A stretch of 64,000 bases of DNA from Actinomycetota bacterium (GCA_018268675.1 JAFDWB010000069.1:19838-83837); one strand, 5' to 3'; counted from the first letter of the stretch, positions 18,917 to 28,844 are shown. Numbers and translations: made by a program. The notes: generated from the letters alone by a model not told the origin.

Positions 18917-19672
18917 CTAGGCCGCCCGTCCCGTCCGCGGCTCCCGAATCTGGTAATCGCCGCGGCTCAGGACCTTCTCCAGCCACACATAGAGGACGAT
19001 GAACAGGTAGCGGCTGCCCATCTCTTTCATCTTCAGCTTCGCCTCGCCACTGGTGCGGTTCGTCCACGAGGTCGGGATGACGGCGAAGCTGTGGCCGCGG
19101 ACGATGGCCTTCAGGGGGAGCTCGACGGTGAGGTTGAAGTGCTTGGAGAGGAGCGGCTGGACGGTTTCGATGACCTCGCGGCGGTAGGCCTTGAAGGCGT
19201 TGGTGGTGTCGTTGTAGCGGTGGCGGAAGAGGACGCGGATGAACTGGTTGGCGAGGCGGTTGATGAAGAGCTTGAGAGGCGGGTAGTCGTGGATCTCGGC
19301 GCCGGGCATGAAGCGGGAGCCGAAGGCGCAGTCCCAGCCCTCTTCGAGCAGGCGCTGGTAGCGGACCAGGTCGCGGGGGTCGTCGGAGGCGTCGGCCATC
19401 ACGATCGCCACCGCGTCCCCCTCGAAGACGTCGAGACCCGCGCGGATCGCGTTGCCGAAACCACGTTCGTAGTGGGACCTGTGGACGCGGACGCGCGGAT
19501 TCTTGGCCCCCAGGGCGGCGATGACGGCTTCGGTCCCGTCTTCGGAATCGTCGTTGACGACCACGATCTCGTAGTCGATCTCGGCGGCCTCCAGAGTGGA
19601 CACCAGCCCTTCGACCGTCGCCCCGACCGATCCCTCCTCGTTCTGGGCCGGCATGACCACCGAGAGTCTCAT
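18917..19672 (-). CDS. Glycosyltransferase family 2 (polyprenyl-phosphate sugar synthase-like)
   Basis: MRLSVVMPAQNEEGSVGATV...IVVVNDDSEDGT and VMADASDDP. Start reassigned to ATG 19672, because the ORF-track N-terminal 130 aa run antisense through vapB. Confidence 0.8.
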   Translation of the reverse strand: MRLSVVMPAQNEEGSVGATVEGLVSTLEAAEIDYEIVVVNDDSEDGTEAVIAALGAKNPRVRVHRSHYERGFGNAIRAGLDVFEGDAVAIVMADASDDPRDLVRYQRLLEEGWDCAFGSRFMPGAEIHDYPPLKLFINRLANQFIRVLFRHRYNDTTNAFKAYRREVIETVQPLLSKHFNLTVELPLKAIVRGHSFAVIPTSWTNRTSGEAKLKMKEMGSRYLFIVLYVWLEKVLSRGDYQIREPRTGRAA

Positions 19673-19739
19673 CGCGGGGAAGCTATCGGACCGCAATGAG
19701 AGAACCACGGGTGGAGACCGCCTGGTGCCACTCGACGCG

Positions 19740-19769
19740 ATTGCTAGCATTGACGGCACTGATAGCAAT
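19740..19769. promoter_or_regulatory. Inverted repeat ATTGCTA-N16-TAGCAAT upstream of vapB (candidate autoregulatory operator)
   Basis: Perfect 7-bp arms at 19740-19746 and 19763-19769 in an unusually AT-rich patch that contains TTGACG (19750-19755). An AGGAGGA ribosome-binding site follows at 19772-19778. Confidence 0.4.
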
Positions 19770-19783
19770 GCAGGAGGAAGTCT

Positions 19784-20026
19784 GTGTCGGTGCTCACCGT
19801 CCGCAATCTCGATGACGACCTGAAGACCCGACTGCGGGTCAGGGCCGCTCAGCATGGTCGCTCGATGGAGGCCGAGGCGCGCGAGATCCTGCGTGCGTCG
19901 CTCTCTGATCACCAAGGCGGCAATGTCGGGACTTGGATCTATGAGCGGTTCGCAGGCCTCGGATTGGACGAGCTCGAACTCCCGCCCCGCACCGAGCTGA
20001 CGCGCGTGCCTGACCTCGGCCAGTGA
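19784..20026 (+). CDS. vapB: Type II antitoxin, VapB/FitA-like (ribbon-helix-helix type)
   Basis: 80 aa. MSVLTVRNLDDDLKTRLRVRAAQHGRSMEAEAREILR is the classic Arc/FitA-type antitoxin N-terminus. Strong RBS, and a GTGA overlap with the PIN gene. Confidence 0.75.
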   Translation: MSVLTVRNLDDDLKTRLRVRAAQHGRSMEAEAREILRASLSDHQGGNVGTWIYERFAGLGLDELELPPRTELTRVPDLGQ

Positions 20027-20442
20027 TCGTCCTGGACACGAATGTGATCTCGGAGCTGGCACGCCAGGGGCCGAGTGAGCGAGTCTTGGCGTGGGTCGAC
20101 AGCCAGGACAGGGTTGCGGTGACGGCGACGACCGCAGCCGAGTTGCTCTGCGGGATCGCGCGGCTGCCTGACGGCGCTCGGAAGTCCCGGCTCGAGGAGG
20201 CTATTCGGGAGATGATGGACGGCCCCCTGAGGGACGGGGTGCTCGCCTTCGATCGTGCCGCGGCCTCACACTACGCGGAGATCGTCGCCGATCGCGACAA
20301 GGCTGGTCGGCCGATCGCCATCGCCGACGCTCAGATCACCGCGATCTGTCGGTCGCGCGGAGCGCCGCTCGGGACCAGAAACGTACGCGACTTCGACGCG
20401 GTCGGAATCAAGGTGGTCAATCCTTGGGAGCAACCCGAGTAG
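20023..20442 (+). CDS. vapC: Type II toxin, PIN-domain ribonuclease VapC/FitB-like
   Basis: 139 aa. MIVLDTNVISEL (first acidic residue), a later DAQITAICRSRGAPLGTRNVRDF, and PIN length and architecture. Confidence 0.85.
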   Translation: MIVLDTNVISELARQGPSERVLAWVDSQDRVAVTATTAAELLCGIARLPDGARKSRLEEAIREMMDGPLRDGVLAFDRAAASHYAEIVADRDKAGRPIAIADAQITAICRSRGAPLGTRNVRDFDAVGIKVVNPWEQPE

Positions 20443-20472
20443 CCCCGCCTCCGATCGACGGGAGCGCCGACC

Positions 20473-21546
20473 TTACGCGGGCGCCGCCGTCCACCGCTCG
20501 ACGTTCTGCTCGTACATCTCCTGGAGGATCTCGTCGATCCCGTAGCGGAGGTTGAAGTTGGGGTAGTCGGCCTGGAAGGGGGCCAGGTCGGAGATCCACC
20601 AGCGGTGGTCGCCGATGCGGGGCTCCTCGCCCATCTCCCAGGAGAGGGTGTTGCCGGAGACGCGCTCGCAGACCTCGATCGCCTCCAGCATCGAGCAGTT
20701 GGAGAAGCGGCCGCCGCCGATGTTGTAGACGGCGTGGGCGCGGGGCGCCCTGCGGAACTCGTCGAAGGCGGCGATCAGGTCGGCGGAGTGGATGTTGTCG
20801 CGGACCTGCTTGCCCTCGTAGCCGAAGACGGTGTAATGGGTGCCGGTGACGGTGCACTTCATCAGGTAGGCGAGGAAGCCGTGCAGCTTGGCGCCGGCGT
20901 GCTGCGGACCGGTCAGGCAGCCGCCGCGGAAGCACACCGTGGGCATGTCGAAGTAGTACCCGTACTCCTGGACGAGCAGGTCGGCCGCCGCCTTGGAGAC
21001 GCCGAAGAGGGAGTGGGTCGAGGTGTCGATCGACATCGAGGTGTCGATGCCTTTGTAGTAAGGGTGGTCTTCCGGCAGCTCGAGCCGCTTCTCCTGAGAC
21101 AACAGCGGCAGCCGGTTAGGCGTGTCGCCGTACACCTTGTTGGTCGAGGTGAAGATGAAAGGCGCGTCGATCGCGTGCGCGCGCGCCGCCTCCAGCAGGT
21201 TCAGGGTGCCGTTCGCGTTCACCCCGAAGTCGGTCTGCGGCTCACTCGCGGCCCAGTCGTGGGACGGCTGCGCGGCGGTGTGGATGACCAGCTCGATCGA
21301 CCCCGCGTGCTCCCGGAAGATCCGCGTGATCTCGGCAGCGTCGCGGATGTCGACGTTCTCCCACTTGAAGCTCGCGTGCTCGTCGACCAGCCGCTGGGTG
21401 ACATGAGAAGTCGATGACTCCGGGCCGAAGAAGCGCGCCCGCATGTCGTTCTCGATCCCGACCACGTCGAAGCCCTGGCCGATGAAGTGATCGACGGCCT
21501 CGGAGCCGATCAGGCCTCCGGCCCCGGTGATGATTGCTACGGGCAC
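20473..21546 (-). CDS. NAD-dependent epimerase/dehydratase (extended SDR)
   Basis: [16 protein letters not shown] Rossmann motif and [11 protein letters not shown] catalytic YxxxK. Start reassigned to GTG 21546, preceded by GAAGGAG. Confidence 0.8.
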   Translation of the reverse strand: MPVAIITGAGGLIGSEAVDHFIGQGFDVVGIENDMRARFFGPESSTSHVTQRLVDEHASFKWENVDIRDAAEITRIFREHAGSIELVIHTAAQPSHDWAASEPQTDFGVNANGTLNLLEAARAHAIDAPFIFTSTNKVYGDTPNRLPLLSQEKRLELPEDHPYYKGIDTSMSIDTSTHSLFGVSKAAADLLVQEYGYYFDMPTVCFRGGCLTGPQHAGAKLHGFLAYLMKCTVTGTHYTVFGYEGKQVRDNIHSADLIAAFDEFRRAPRAHAVYNIGGGRFSNCSMLEAIEVCERVSGNTLSWEMGEEPRIGDHRWWISDLAPFQADYPNFNLRYGIDEILQEMYEQNVERWTAAPA

Positions 21547-22643
21547 GTTCCTACTCCTTCCCCCCCCGCGGGGGTCTTGATCTCGAGCGCCGCGGCGATC
21601 CGGTCCTCGTCGGCGGCGACCCACTCGTGGATGTCGGCGAGCACCTTGTGGGCGTCGCGGCGCGGGCGCCACTCGTCGAGCTCAAAGAGCCTGGCACAGT
21701 CCGAAAGGTATATGGGCACGTCTCCTTGTCTGGTCTCCGCGACCGGGGAGATCGGGACCTCGTTGCCGGTCAGCTCCTGGCAGATCGCGGTCGTCTCCAG
21801 GAGCGAGAGGCTGCAGGCACGGCCGCCGCCGGCGTTCACGGTGCGGCCGTCCCACTTCGCCGGGTCGAGGAGCTGGCGCTCGACCAGGTCGACAAGATCC
21901 TCCACGTGGAGGAGATCGCGAACCTGCTTGCCATGCCCTCCGAACCCGATGTAGGAGAGCGGGTTGCGGAAGTGGTGGGCGAGCATCCAGTGGGTGAACA
22001 CCCCCTGGTCGACCTTTCCCATCTGCCAGGGCCCGGCGATCACGCCGAAGCGGTCGACCACCGCGGGGACGCCGAGCGAGGCGCGGTACTCCTCGACCAG
22101 GAGCTCGGCCGAGAGCTTGGTGGCGCCGTAGAGGGTGCGCGCGCCCTCGAGCGGGAAGTCCTCGGAGATCCCCGTCGGCGAGACGCCGCGGACCTCCTGC
22201 TCGGCCGCCAGCTCGAAGCGCGTCTCCGTCTCCTCCAGCCGCAAGCCGACCTGCGGCTCCACCGGGTAGACGCGGCTGGTCGAGAGGAAGACGAAGAAGG
22301 CCGAGCCGCGGCGCGCCAGCTCGAGGCAGTTGTAGGCGCCGGTGAGGTTGGTGTGGACGAGGTAGCCGGTGTCGCCGTCGACCCCGCTCATCACCGAGGG
22401 CTCGGCCGAGCACTCCACCAAGGCGTCGATCCGCGCCACCTTGGCGAGGTCCCCGGGCTCGCGCACGTCGCCCTCGACGAACTCGACCCCCGCCGCCGCC
22501 AGCCGCGGCAGGTTCAGCTTCGAGCCGCGCCGGTAGAGGTTGTCGAGCGCGACCACGTCCCAGTCGGGGTGGCGCTCTGCCAGCCCGACCGCGAGGTTCG
22601 AGCCGACGAAGCCGGCGCCGCCGGTGATCAGAAGGCGGTTCAT
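21537..22643 (-). CDS. NAD-dependent epimerase/dehydratase (extended SDR, CDP-paratose-2-epimerase-like)
   Basis: [18 protein letters not shown] Rossmann motif and [12 protein letters not shown] YxxxK. Confidence 0.8.
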   Translation of the reverse strand: MNRLLITGGAGFVGSNLAVGLAERHPDWDVVALDNLYRRGSKLNLPRLAAAGVEFVEGDVREPGDLAKVARIDALVECSAEPSVMSGVDGDTGYLVHTNLTGAYNCLELARRGSAFFVFLSTSRVYPVEPQVGLRLEETETRFELAAEQEVRGVSPTGISEDFPLEGARTLYGATKLSAELLVEEYRASLGVPAVVDRFGVIAGPWQMGKVDQGVFTHWMLAHHFRNPLSYIGFGGHGKQVRDLLHVEDLVDLVERQLLDPAKWDGRTVNAGGGRACSLSLLETTAICQELTGNEVPISPVAETRQGDVPIYLSDCARLFELDEWRPRRDAHKVLADIHEWVAADEDRIAAALEIKTPAGGEGVGTCP

Positions 22644-22730
22644 CGGACCGGGACGCTAGCGCGGCATGCCAACGGAAGCCCCGCGACACACCGCCGGCGC
22701 CTCCTCCGCCCTCAATAGACTCGCCCGCCT

Positions 22731-24401
22731 ATGTCGACGAGCTGGGAGAGGCGGAACGCGCCGGTGCTTCTGCTCGGCGCCGCGCTCGTCGTCGCCGCGA
22801 TCACGCTTGCCGTCGCCGAGTGGCACGTCACCTACTTCCAGGACACCTGGTCCTTCCTGCTCGAACGCCAGGCGTTCAGCGCCGGCTCGTTCCTCGAACC
22901 GCACAACGAGCACATCGTCATCGTCCCGGTGGCGATCACGAAGGCGCTGCTGGCGATCTTCGGGATGACCTCGAACACCCCCGAACAGGTGGTGATGGGG
23001 ATCACCCTGCTGGCCGCCGCGACCCTCATCTTCGTCTATGCCCGCCGCCGGGTCGGGCCCTGGATGGCGCTCTTCGGCGCCGTGATCGTGCTCTTCCTCG
23101 GTTCCGCCTGGTGGACGCTCCTCTGGCCGTTCGAGAACGAGTTCACGCTGCCGCTGTGCTTCGGCCTCGGCGCGCTGCTGGTGCTGGAGCGGCGCGACAC
23201 GCGCGGCGACGTGCTCGGCTGCGCGCTGCTCTCGCTGGCGACCATCTCCGGCAGCCTCGGCATCTGCTTCGTCGCCGCGGCGTTCGTCGAGCTGCTCCTG
23301 GAACATCGCGAGCGGGGATGGCGGCGCGCCTACGTCTTCGCCATCCCGCTGCTGCTCTACGTCGCCTGGTACCTGGGCTGGGGGCACAAAGCCGAACACC
23401 ACCTCACGCTCGCAAACATCCTCACCGCCCCCGCCTACGTCGCCGAAGGCTTCGCGTCCTCGCTCAACGCGCTCACCGGGCTCGGCGCCGCCCCCCACGA
23501 ACCGACCGCGGCCGCCACCGACTGGGGCCCGGCGCTGTTGATCGCCGCGGTCGCCCTGATCATCCTCGGGCAGCTGCGGCGCCCCGGGGTCTCGAAAGGG
23601 CTCTGGATCATCCTCGCCGCCGGGGTCGGCTTCTGGCTGCTCGCCGGCATCAACTTCATCCCCGGCCGCGCCCCGTCCTCGGTCCGCTACATCTACCCCG
23701 GCGTCGTCTTCACCCTGCTGATCGCCGCCGAGCTGCTGCGGAAGTGGCCGCTGGGCCCACGCGGCCTCCTGATCGCCGCCTGCGCCACGGCGGCGATGGT
23801 CGGGCCCAACCTGGCGCAGTTCAAGGAAGGCCACCAGTTCCTGCAGGCACAGACCGTGATCACCCGCGCCGACCTGGCGGCGATCGAGATCGCCCGCGAC
23901 ACGGTCGCGCCGACCTTCGACCTCGCCTCCGAACAGATCGCCGGCTCACCGTCCCTGACGCCGATCTCGGCGGGTCCCTATCTGGAAGCGGTCGGCCGCT
24001 GGGGCTCCCCCGCCTACAGCCTCGCCGAACTCGAGGCGGCGCCGGAAGGGGGGCGCCACTGGGCCGACGTGGTCCTCTCCGAGGCCCTGCCGATCACCCA
24101 CGAAACCAAACCCGGGTTCAGCCTGCGGGCGCCGTCCGGGGTGGCCTGCGCGACGCTCCTGCCGGGCAAGGCGCCGAGCACGCAGGTCCCGCTGAAGCCG
24201 GGGACGACGGCGACGGTCGAAGTCGCCCGCGGCGCCCCCGCGGCGATCTCGCTGCGACGCTTCGCCCAGGACGAATTCCCGGTTGCCGTCGCGAGCGTCG
24301 AAGGCGGGACGACGACGACCGTCCAGATCCCCCGCGACCGGGCGCCGAACCCCTGGTACGCGCACGTCGAAGCCACCCAGACCGCCCGCGTCTGCAGCTG
24401 A
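22731..24401 (+). CDS. Polytopic membrane protein with C-terminal soluble domain (unknown; glycan-locus associated)
   Basis: 556 aa. About 11 hydrophobic segments are followed by ~170 hydrophilic aa. Transcribed divergently from the epimerase pair. Confidence 0.6.
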   Translation: MSTSWERRNAPVLLLGAALVVAAITLAVAEWHVTYFQDTWSFLLERQAFSAGSFLEPHNEHIVIVPVAITKALLAIFGMTSNTPEQVVMGITLLAAATLIFVYARRRVGPWMALFGAVIVLFLGSAWWTLLWPFENEFTLPLCFGLGALLVLERRDTRGDVLGCALLSLATISGSLGICFVAAAFVELLLEHRERGWRRAYVFAIPLLLYVAWYLGWGHKAEHHLTLANILTAPAYVAEGFASSLNALTGLGAAPHEPTAAATDWGPALLIAAVALIILGQLRRPGVSKGLWIILAAGVGFWLLAGINFIPGRAPSSVRYIYPGVVFTLLIAAELLRKWPLGPRGLLIAACATAAMVGPNLAQFKEGHQFLQAQTVITRADLAAIEIARDTVAPTFDLASEQIAGSPSLTPISAGPYLEAVGRWGSPAYSLAELEAAPEGGRHWADVVLSEALPITHETKPGFSLRAPSGVACATLLPGKAPSTQVPLKPGTTATVEVARGAPAAISLRRFAQDEFPVAVASVEGGTTTTVQIPRDRAPNPWYAHVEATQTARVCS

Positions 24402-24429
24402 GCCCGCGCCCGGCGAGGCGCGGTCCCGC

Positions 24430-25395
24430 TCAGGGAATCGCCTCCGACTCGACCGGTTCCTGCTCCGCCGTCAGCGTCTCGATGTTGGCGAGGGAGACCG
24501 CGCGGGTCTGGGAGAACAGCACGAAGAGGCTGATGAAGTTGCCGAGCGCGACCAGCGAGACGATCAGCGCGGCGAGCGCGACGTAGCTGGTCCAGCCGGG
24601 GATCGAGGAGGTGGTGAAGACCTTGAGGAAGACGACGACCGCGGCCAGCACCACCCCGAGGAGGCCGAAGGCGACGAAGGCGGCCAGCGCCCGGATCGCG
24701 ATCCGCTCGGTGAACGGCATCAGCATCCGCAGGCCGTGCATGGCGAGCTTGCCGTAGGTCATTTTCGACTCGCCCTGGTAGCGCACGCCGCGTTCGCAGG
24801 GCACGTAGACGACGGGCAGGTCGAGGGCGAGGATCGCCGAGGAGTAGGCGAGGTCGAAGGTCGGGTGGATCAGCACGCGCTTCGCCACCTTCCCGCGCAT
24901 CGCCGCGTAGTTGCCGGTCCGCACGGTGGCGCCGGTGAGCGCCCGGAAGAGGACCTTGAAGCCGCGGTAGAGCAGCTTGAACAGCGGCGGCTCGTGGCGT
25001 TTCGTGCGCAGCGCGAGGACGACGTGATGGCCCGGCGCCTCGCCCTCGTCGAGCGCGGCGAGGAGGCGCGGCAGGTCCTCGGGGCGGTCCTCGCCGTCGG
25101 CATCCATCGTCACCACCGCGTCGTCGTCGGCGATGCGGGGCAGCATCTTGCGCAGCGCGTAGACGATCCCCCGCTGGTGGCCGAGGTTGAACGGCGGCTG
25201 CAGGACGACCACGTCGCCGCAGGCGCGCAGGCCCTCGACCTCGGGGTCCTGGCCCGCGGTGTCGTCGATGACGACGAAGCGGACCGCGCCCCGCGCGGCC
25301 TCGGGCAGCGCGCCGAGCACCTCGAGCAGCCGCTCGCGGAGGACCCGGAAGGAGCCGGTGTCGCGGTAGACCGGGGTGACGACCCAGGTGGTCAT
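24430..25395 (-). CDS. GT2 polyprenyl-phosphate glycosyltransferase, GtrB/ArnC-like (two C-terminal TM helices)
   Basis: VVTPVYRDTGSFRVL...FVVIDDTAGQDP, TMDADGEDRPEDL, and C-terminal hydrophobic segments. Its ATG shares one base with the upstream stop (ATGA, 25395-25397). Confidence 0.8.
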   Translation of the reverse strand: MTTWVVTPVYRDTGSFRVLRERLLEVLGALPEAARGAVRFVVIDDTAGQDPEVEGLRACGDVVVLQPPFNLGHQRGIVYALRKMLPRIADDDAVVTMDADGEDRPEDLPRLLAALDEGEAPGHHVVLALRTKRHEPPLFKLLYRGFKVLFRALTGATVRTGNYAAMRGKVAKRVLIHPTFDLAYSSAILALDLPVVYVPCERGVRYQGESKMTYGKLAMHGLRMLMPFTERIAIRALAAFVAFGLLGVVLAAVVVFLKVFTTSSIPGWTSYVALAALIVSLVALGNFISLFVLFSQTRAVSLANIETLTAEQEPVESEAIP

Positions 25396-27323
25396 CAGCT
25401 CGCCCGGGCGGGTCCTTCACGGCGCAGCAGTTCGTATTCCCCCCACTTGCCGATCGGCCGGAAGCCGTGTTCGAGGTAGCGCACCAGCACCCCTTCGCCG
25501 AGTCCCCAGCTCGCGGCGAGCGCCCGGTTGCGGAGCAGGCAAAGGTCCTTGGTGCCTTCGGTCGCTTCGATCACCCGTTCCTGATGTTCTTCGTCGAAGA
25601 GTTTCTCCCAGGCGGTCGCCGTGAAGGACGGCGGTTCCTGTTCGGACCAAAGGTAGAAGCTGTCCATCCCCGGCTCCATCAAGGTCGCCGCACAGTCTCG
25701 CTTGATCGCGTGCGCAACGTCGGTGTAGAGCGTGACTTCTTCTTCGCTCCCGAGGCGCACTTCGCTCGCCCCCGGGAGGTGGAGCGGGTAGGCGGCGTCG
25801 TAGCCGGCGCGGGCCGTGTCGAGCGATTCGCGCAGGTAGACGTTGACGACGAACCAGGAGAGGGTCACCGCGACCACGACCCCGAAGCCGGCCAGGGCGA
25901 CGCGGTCCGGGCCCGCCTCGGTCGCGCGCGCCAGCCCGCGCACCCCGTTGGCGACGCAGAGCACCCCGGTCGGCACCAGGAGGAGGGCCGAGAGGAAGAC
26001 CTGGCTGCCCGCCACCGGGAAGGCGTGCAGGGACTGCAGGACGGCGAGCAGCGGCAGGAGGAGGCGGGCGAAGGAGGGCGAGGGCTCGGGGCCGGTGGTC
26101 GTCGCCACCAGCGCGACCCAGGCGAACGGCAGCATGCTGAGCGGGTAGCCGGCCAGCGAGCTCGAGTCGAAGGGCAAGAGCTGCCCGGGCACCGAGAGCG
26201 CCATCGTCACCCCGACCACGATCGCGAACAGCGACCAGATGCCGAGCCAGAGCGGGCTCGACTCGGCCCCGCCGCGCCGCCGCACCGCGTACCAGTAGGC
26301 GCAGGCGCCGCCGAGGCCGACGACGTCGAAGGCGTAGACGCGGCGCGAGAGTTCGAGCGCGATGGTGAAGGCGCTCCCCTGGCGCAGCGGCTGTTTGATC
26401 ACCCCGTCGATCAGCCCGTGCACGCTGGTGCCGGCGCCGAGGATCGCGACGCAGCAGACGACCGCGAGCACGAGGAAGCCGCCGAGGAGCCAGCGCAGGT
26501 CGGCGGCGGCGCGCCGGGCGGGCTCGCGGGCCCGCAGGACGAGGACGACGGCGAGCGCGCTGATCGCGACGTGGACGGCGTAGTGGCGCGCCCAGCCTTC
26601 GCCGATCTTGCCCAGCATCAGCAGGATCGGGATGGCGACGAAGAGGACCTCGATCCCGAGCCGGGGCCAGCGCCGCCGCCACAGGGTCGGGAAGCTGACG
26701 GCGCAGGCGAGCGCGACCGAGATGACGGCGAAGATGCCGACGTTGATCTTGACCAGGACGAGGGCGGCGAGCGCGGCGCCGAGCACGGCCATCGCGTAGG
26801 GCGACTCCCGCTCGCGGACGAAGCCGGCGATCAGGACGATCGCGGCCAGCAGCAGGGCGATCAGGCCGATCGGGTGCATCGGCTCGTTGGTGAGGACGTA
26901 GAGGGAGGAGAAGGCGAGCACCTGGGTCGCCAGCCCGAAGAGAAAGCTGCGGGTCAGCCGCCACATCCCGAGGCCGAAGAGCAGGCTGGACAACACCCAG
27001 ACGACCGTCGTCACCGTGCGTCCCGCGTCGTGGTCGACGGGGATGCCGAAGCTGGAGAAGATCCCGCCCCAGAACTCGTAGTAGAAGGGCCCGTACTGGC
27101 TGAAGACCCGGTCGTAGAGTTCGCCGTGGTTCACGAAGCCCTTCAGCGCGGTCAGCATGTAGCCCTCGTCGTCGTAGCTCGCGAACCCGGTGAACATCCG
27201 CGGGTGCGCGATCAGGACCGTGACCAGGGTCACCGCGGCGAAGCAGATGGCCGCGAGGGCGATGCGCAGGCGCCGATCCCCTCGCAGTGGCGCCGCCCAG
27301 GCGGCGAGGCGCTCGAGGTTCAC
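25395..27323 (-). CDS. Large polytopic membrane protein, GT-C-like candidate
   Basis: About 642 aa counted from GTG 27323 (GTGA overlap with the upstream stop). An acidic FASYDDEGYML motif follows TM1, where GT-C enzymes carry their catalytic loop. There are at least 12 hydrophobic segments and a C-terminal soluble domain. Confidence 0.6.
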   Translation of the reverse strand: MNLERLAAWAAPLRGDRRLRIALAAICFAAVTLVTVLIAHPRMFTGFASYDDEGYMLTALKGFVNHGELYDRVFSQYGPFYYEFWGGIFSSFGIPVDHDAGRTVTTVVWVLSSLLFGLGMWRLTRSFLFGLATQVLAFSSLYVLTNEPMHPIGLIALLLAAIVLIAGFVRERESPYAMAVLGAALAALVLVKINVGIFAVISVALACAVSFPTLWRRRWPRLGIEVLFVAIPILLMLGKIGEGWARHYAVHVAISALAVVLVLRAREPARRAAADLRWLLGGFLVLAVVCCVAILGAGTSVHGLIDGVIKQPLRQGSAFTIALELSRRVYAFDVVGLGGACAYWYAVRRRGGAESSPLWLGIWSLFAIVVGVTMALSVPGQLLPFDSSSLAGYPLSMLPFAWVALVATTTGPEPSPSFARLLLPLLAVLQSLHAFPVAGSQVFLSALLLVPTGVLCVANGVRGLARATEAGPDRVALAGFGVVVAVTLSWFVVNVYLRESLDTARAGYDAAYPLHLPGASEVRLGSEEEVTLYTDVAHAIKRDCAATLMEPGMDSFYLWSEQEPPSFTATAWEKLFDEEHQERVIEATEGTKDLCLLRNRALAASWGLGEGVLVRYLEHGFRPIGKWGEYELLRREGPARAS

Positions 27324-28045
27324 GACCTGCGCAACACCGCGAAGAGCGACGTGCCGGCGGGCCAGAGGCGGCGCATGGCCCGCGACGCGCTGGCGACCTG
27401 GTAGAGCGTCTCGTTCAGCGGATCGGGGAGGTCCGGGAACTCGGCGTCGTCGCCGGCGTCGGCGGCACCGGCGCGCTCGCGCAGCCGCCGCCACCAGCCG
27501 AGCGGGATCAGCTCCGGGAAGAGATAGGAGCGCTCGACGATCTCGAAGCCGGAGAGCTCGGCGGCGCTCGCCAGCGAGGCCTTCGTGTAGCGGCGGTGGT
27601 GGCCGAGGAGGACGTCCCAGTTGGACCAGAGCGAGGGCATCGCCGGGACGGTCAGCAGGAGCACGGTGCCGGGGTCCGATTTCCGCGCCAGATCGGCGAG
27701 GAAGCCGCGATCGTCCTCGATGTGCTCGAGCACGTCGAGCATGGTCAGGACGGCGGCGCCGCGATAGTCGCCCTCGCGGCGGTTGGCGGCGGCGCCGAAA
27801 CGCTCGACCAGGCCTTCTTCCAGGCCCTCGATCGGCTCGACGAACCCGTAGCGCGCATCGGGGCGGCGCGCGGCGAGGAAATCGCCGAGGAAGCCGGGCC
27901 CGGCGCCGACGTCGACGAGGTCGAACGGGCCCGCGGGGAGCTTCGACTCGACCAGCTCCCAGCGGACGCGGTTCCAGAAGAAGTCCCGCGAGCGCTCGAG
28001 CTGGCGGTTGAGGTGGTCCTCCAGTGGCTCGGCCAAGGCGCCCAC
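27320..28045 (-). CDS. Class I SAM-dependent methyltransferase
   Basis: DLVDVGAGPGFLGDFLA motif I and LDVLEHIEDDRGFL. Start reassigned to GTG 28045, because the ORF-track N-terminus overlaps the divergent PPTase gene. Confidence 0.7.
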   Translation of the reverse strand: MGALAEPLEDHLNRQLERSRDFFWNRVRWELVESKLPAGPFDLVDVGAGPGFLGDFLAARRPDARYGFVEPIEGLEEGLVERFGAAANRREGDYRGAAVLTMLDVLEHIEDDRGFLADLARKSDPGTVLLLTVPAMPSLWSNWDVLLGHHRRYTKASLASAAELSGFEIVERSYLFPELIPLGWWRRLRERAGAADAGDDAEFPDLPDPLNETLYQVASASRAMRRLWPAGTSLFAVLRRS

Positions 28046-28103
28046 GCTAGCGGACGCTCCACCTGCCAGGATTTGAGCCGCCCTCCGCCCGCGCGATCGA
28101 TCG

Positions 28104-28664
28104 ATGCCCACCCGTCCGGAACTTCCCGCCCACGACGAGGTCCACGTCTGGCGGATCGAGCTCGGCGGCGGCGATCGCCGGGGCGGCGCGCGGCGCGCGC
28201 GCGGCGAGATCCTGGCGGCATACCTCGAGGGCGCGGACGAGGCGGAGCTCACCCTGGACCCGAACGGGAAGCCGCGCCTCGCGCGGGAGCCCGGGCGCCT
28301 CTCCTTCAACCTCTCGCACTCCGGCGACCTGGCGCTGCTCGCGATCGCGCCGGGCGGGGTCGAGGTCGGCATCGACGTCGAGCGCCTGCGCCCGCGGCGA
28401 GACCTGGCCCGGCTGGCGCGCCGCTGGCTCCCGGCGGCGGACGCGGACGCCGTCGCCGCGGCCGAGGACCCCGACCGCGAGCGCGTCTTCTACGCTGCCT
28501 GGACCCGCCACGAGGCCCGCGTCAAGTGCGCCGGCACCGGCCTCGCCGGACCGGCACCGGGCCCCGAGGTCCTCGCCCGGCCGCTCGAGATCGACGACGG
28601 CTACGCAGCAGCGGTGGCGGTCACGAGCGTCACCACGCCCGGCATCTCGCTCAGGCGGTGGTGA
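28104..28664 (+). CDS. 4'-phosphopantetheinyl transferase, Sfp type
   Basis: NGKPRL, FNLSHSGDLALLA, VGIDVERL and FYAAWTRHEARVKC match the Sfp/EntD motif series. Confidence 0.8.
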   Translation: MPTRPELPAHDEVHVWRIELGGGDRRGGARRARGEILAAYLEGADEAELTLDPNGKPRLAREPGRLSFNLSHSGDLALLAIAPGGVEVGIDVERLRPRRDLARLARRWLPAADADAVAAAEDPDRERVFYAAWTRHEARVKCAGTGLAGPAPGPEVLARPLEIDDGYAAAVAVTSVTTPGISLRRW

Positions 28665-28701
28665 AGGGGCACCGGCTGGCGCCTCGGAGCTGGCGCCGGG
28701 C

Positions 28702-28745
28702 CGGTTGGTGAGTTGACCCCGCTGGGGTGTGGTCAACTCACCAAC
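28702..28745. repeat. Perfect 16-bp-stem hairpin (GGTTGGTGAGTTGACC / GGTCAACTCACCAACC, 12-nt loop)
   Basis: Read directly from the sequence. Lies 38 nt after the PPTase stop. No T-tract follows. Confidence 0.6.
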
Positions 28746-28844
28746 CGTCCAGGGTTTTCAGGGATGGGCACGGTGTTCGAGGCCTTTCGCATGGGAGCGC
28801 GTGACGAAGTGCGCGGCCTCGGTGCGTCTTCCGTCCGCGGTCTG

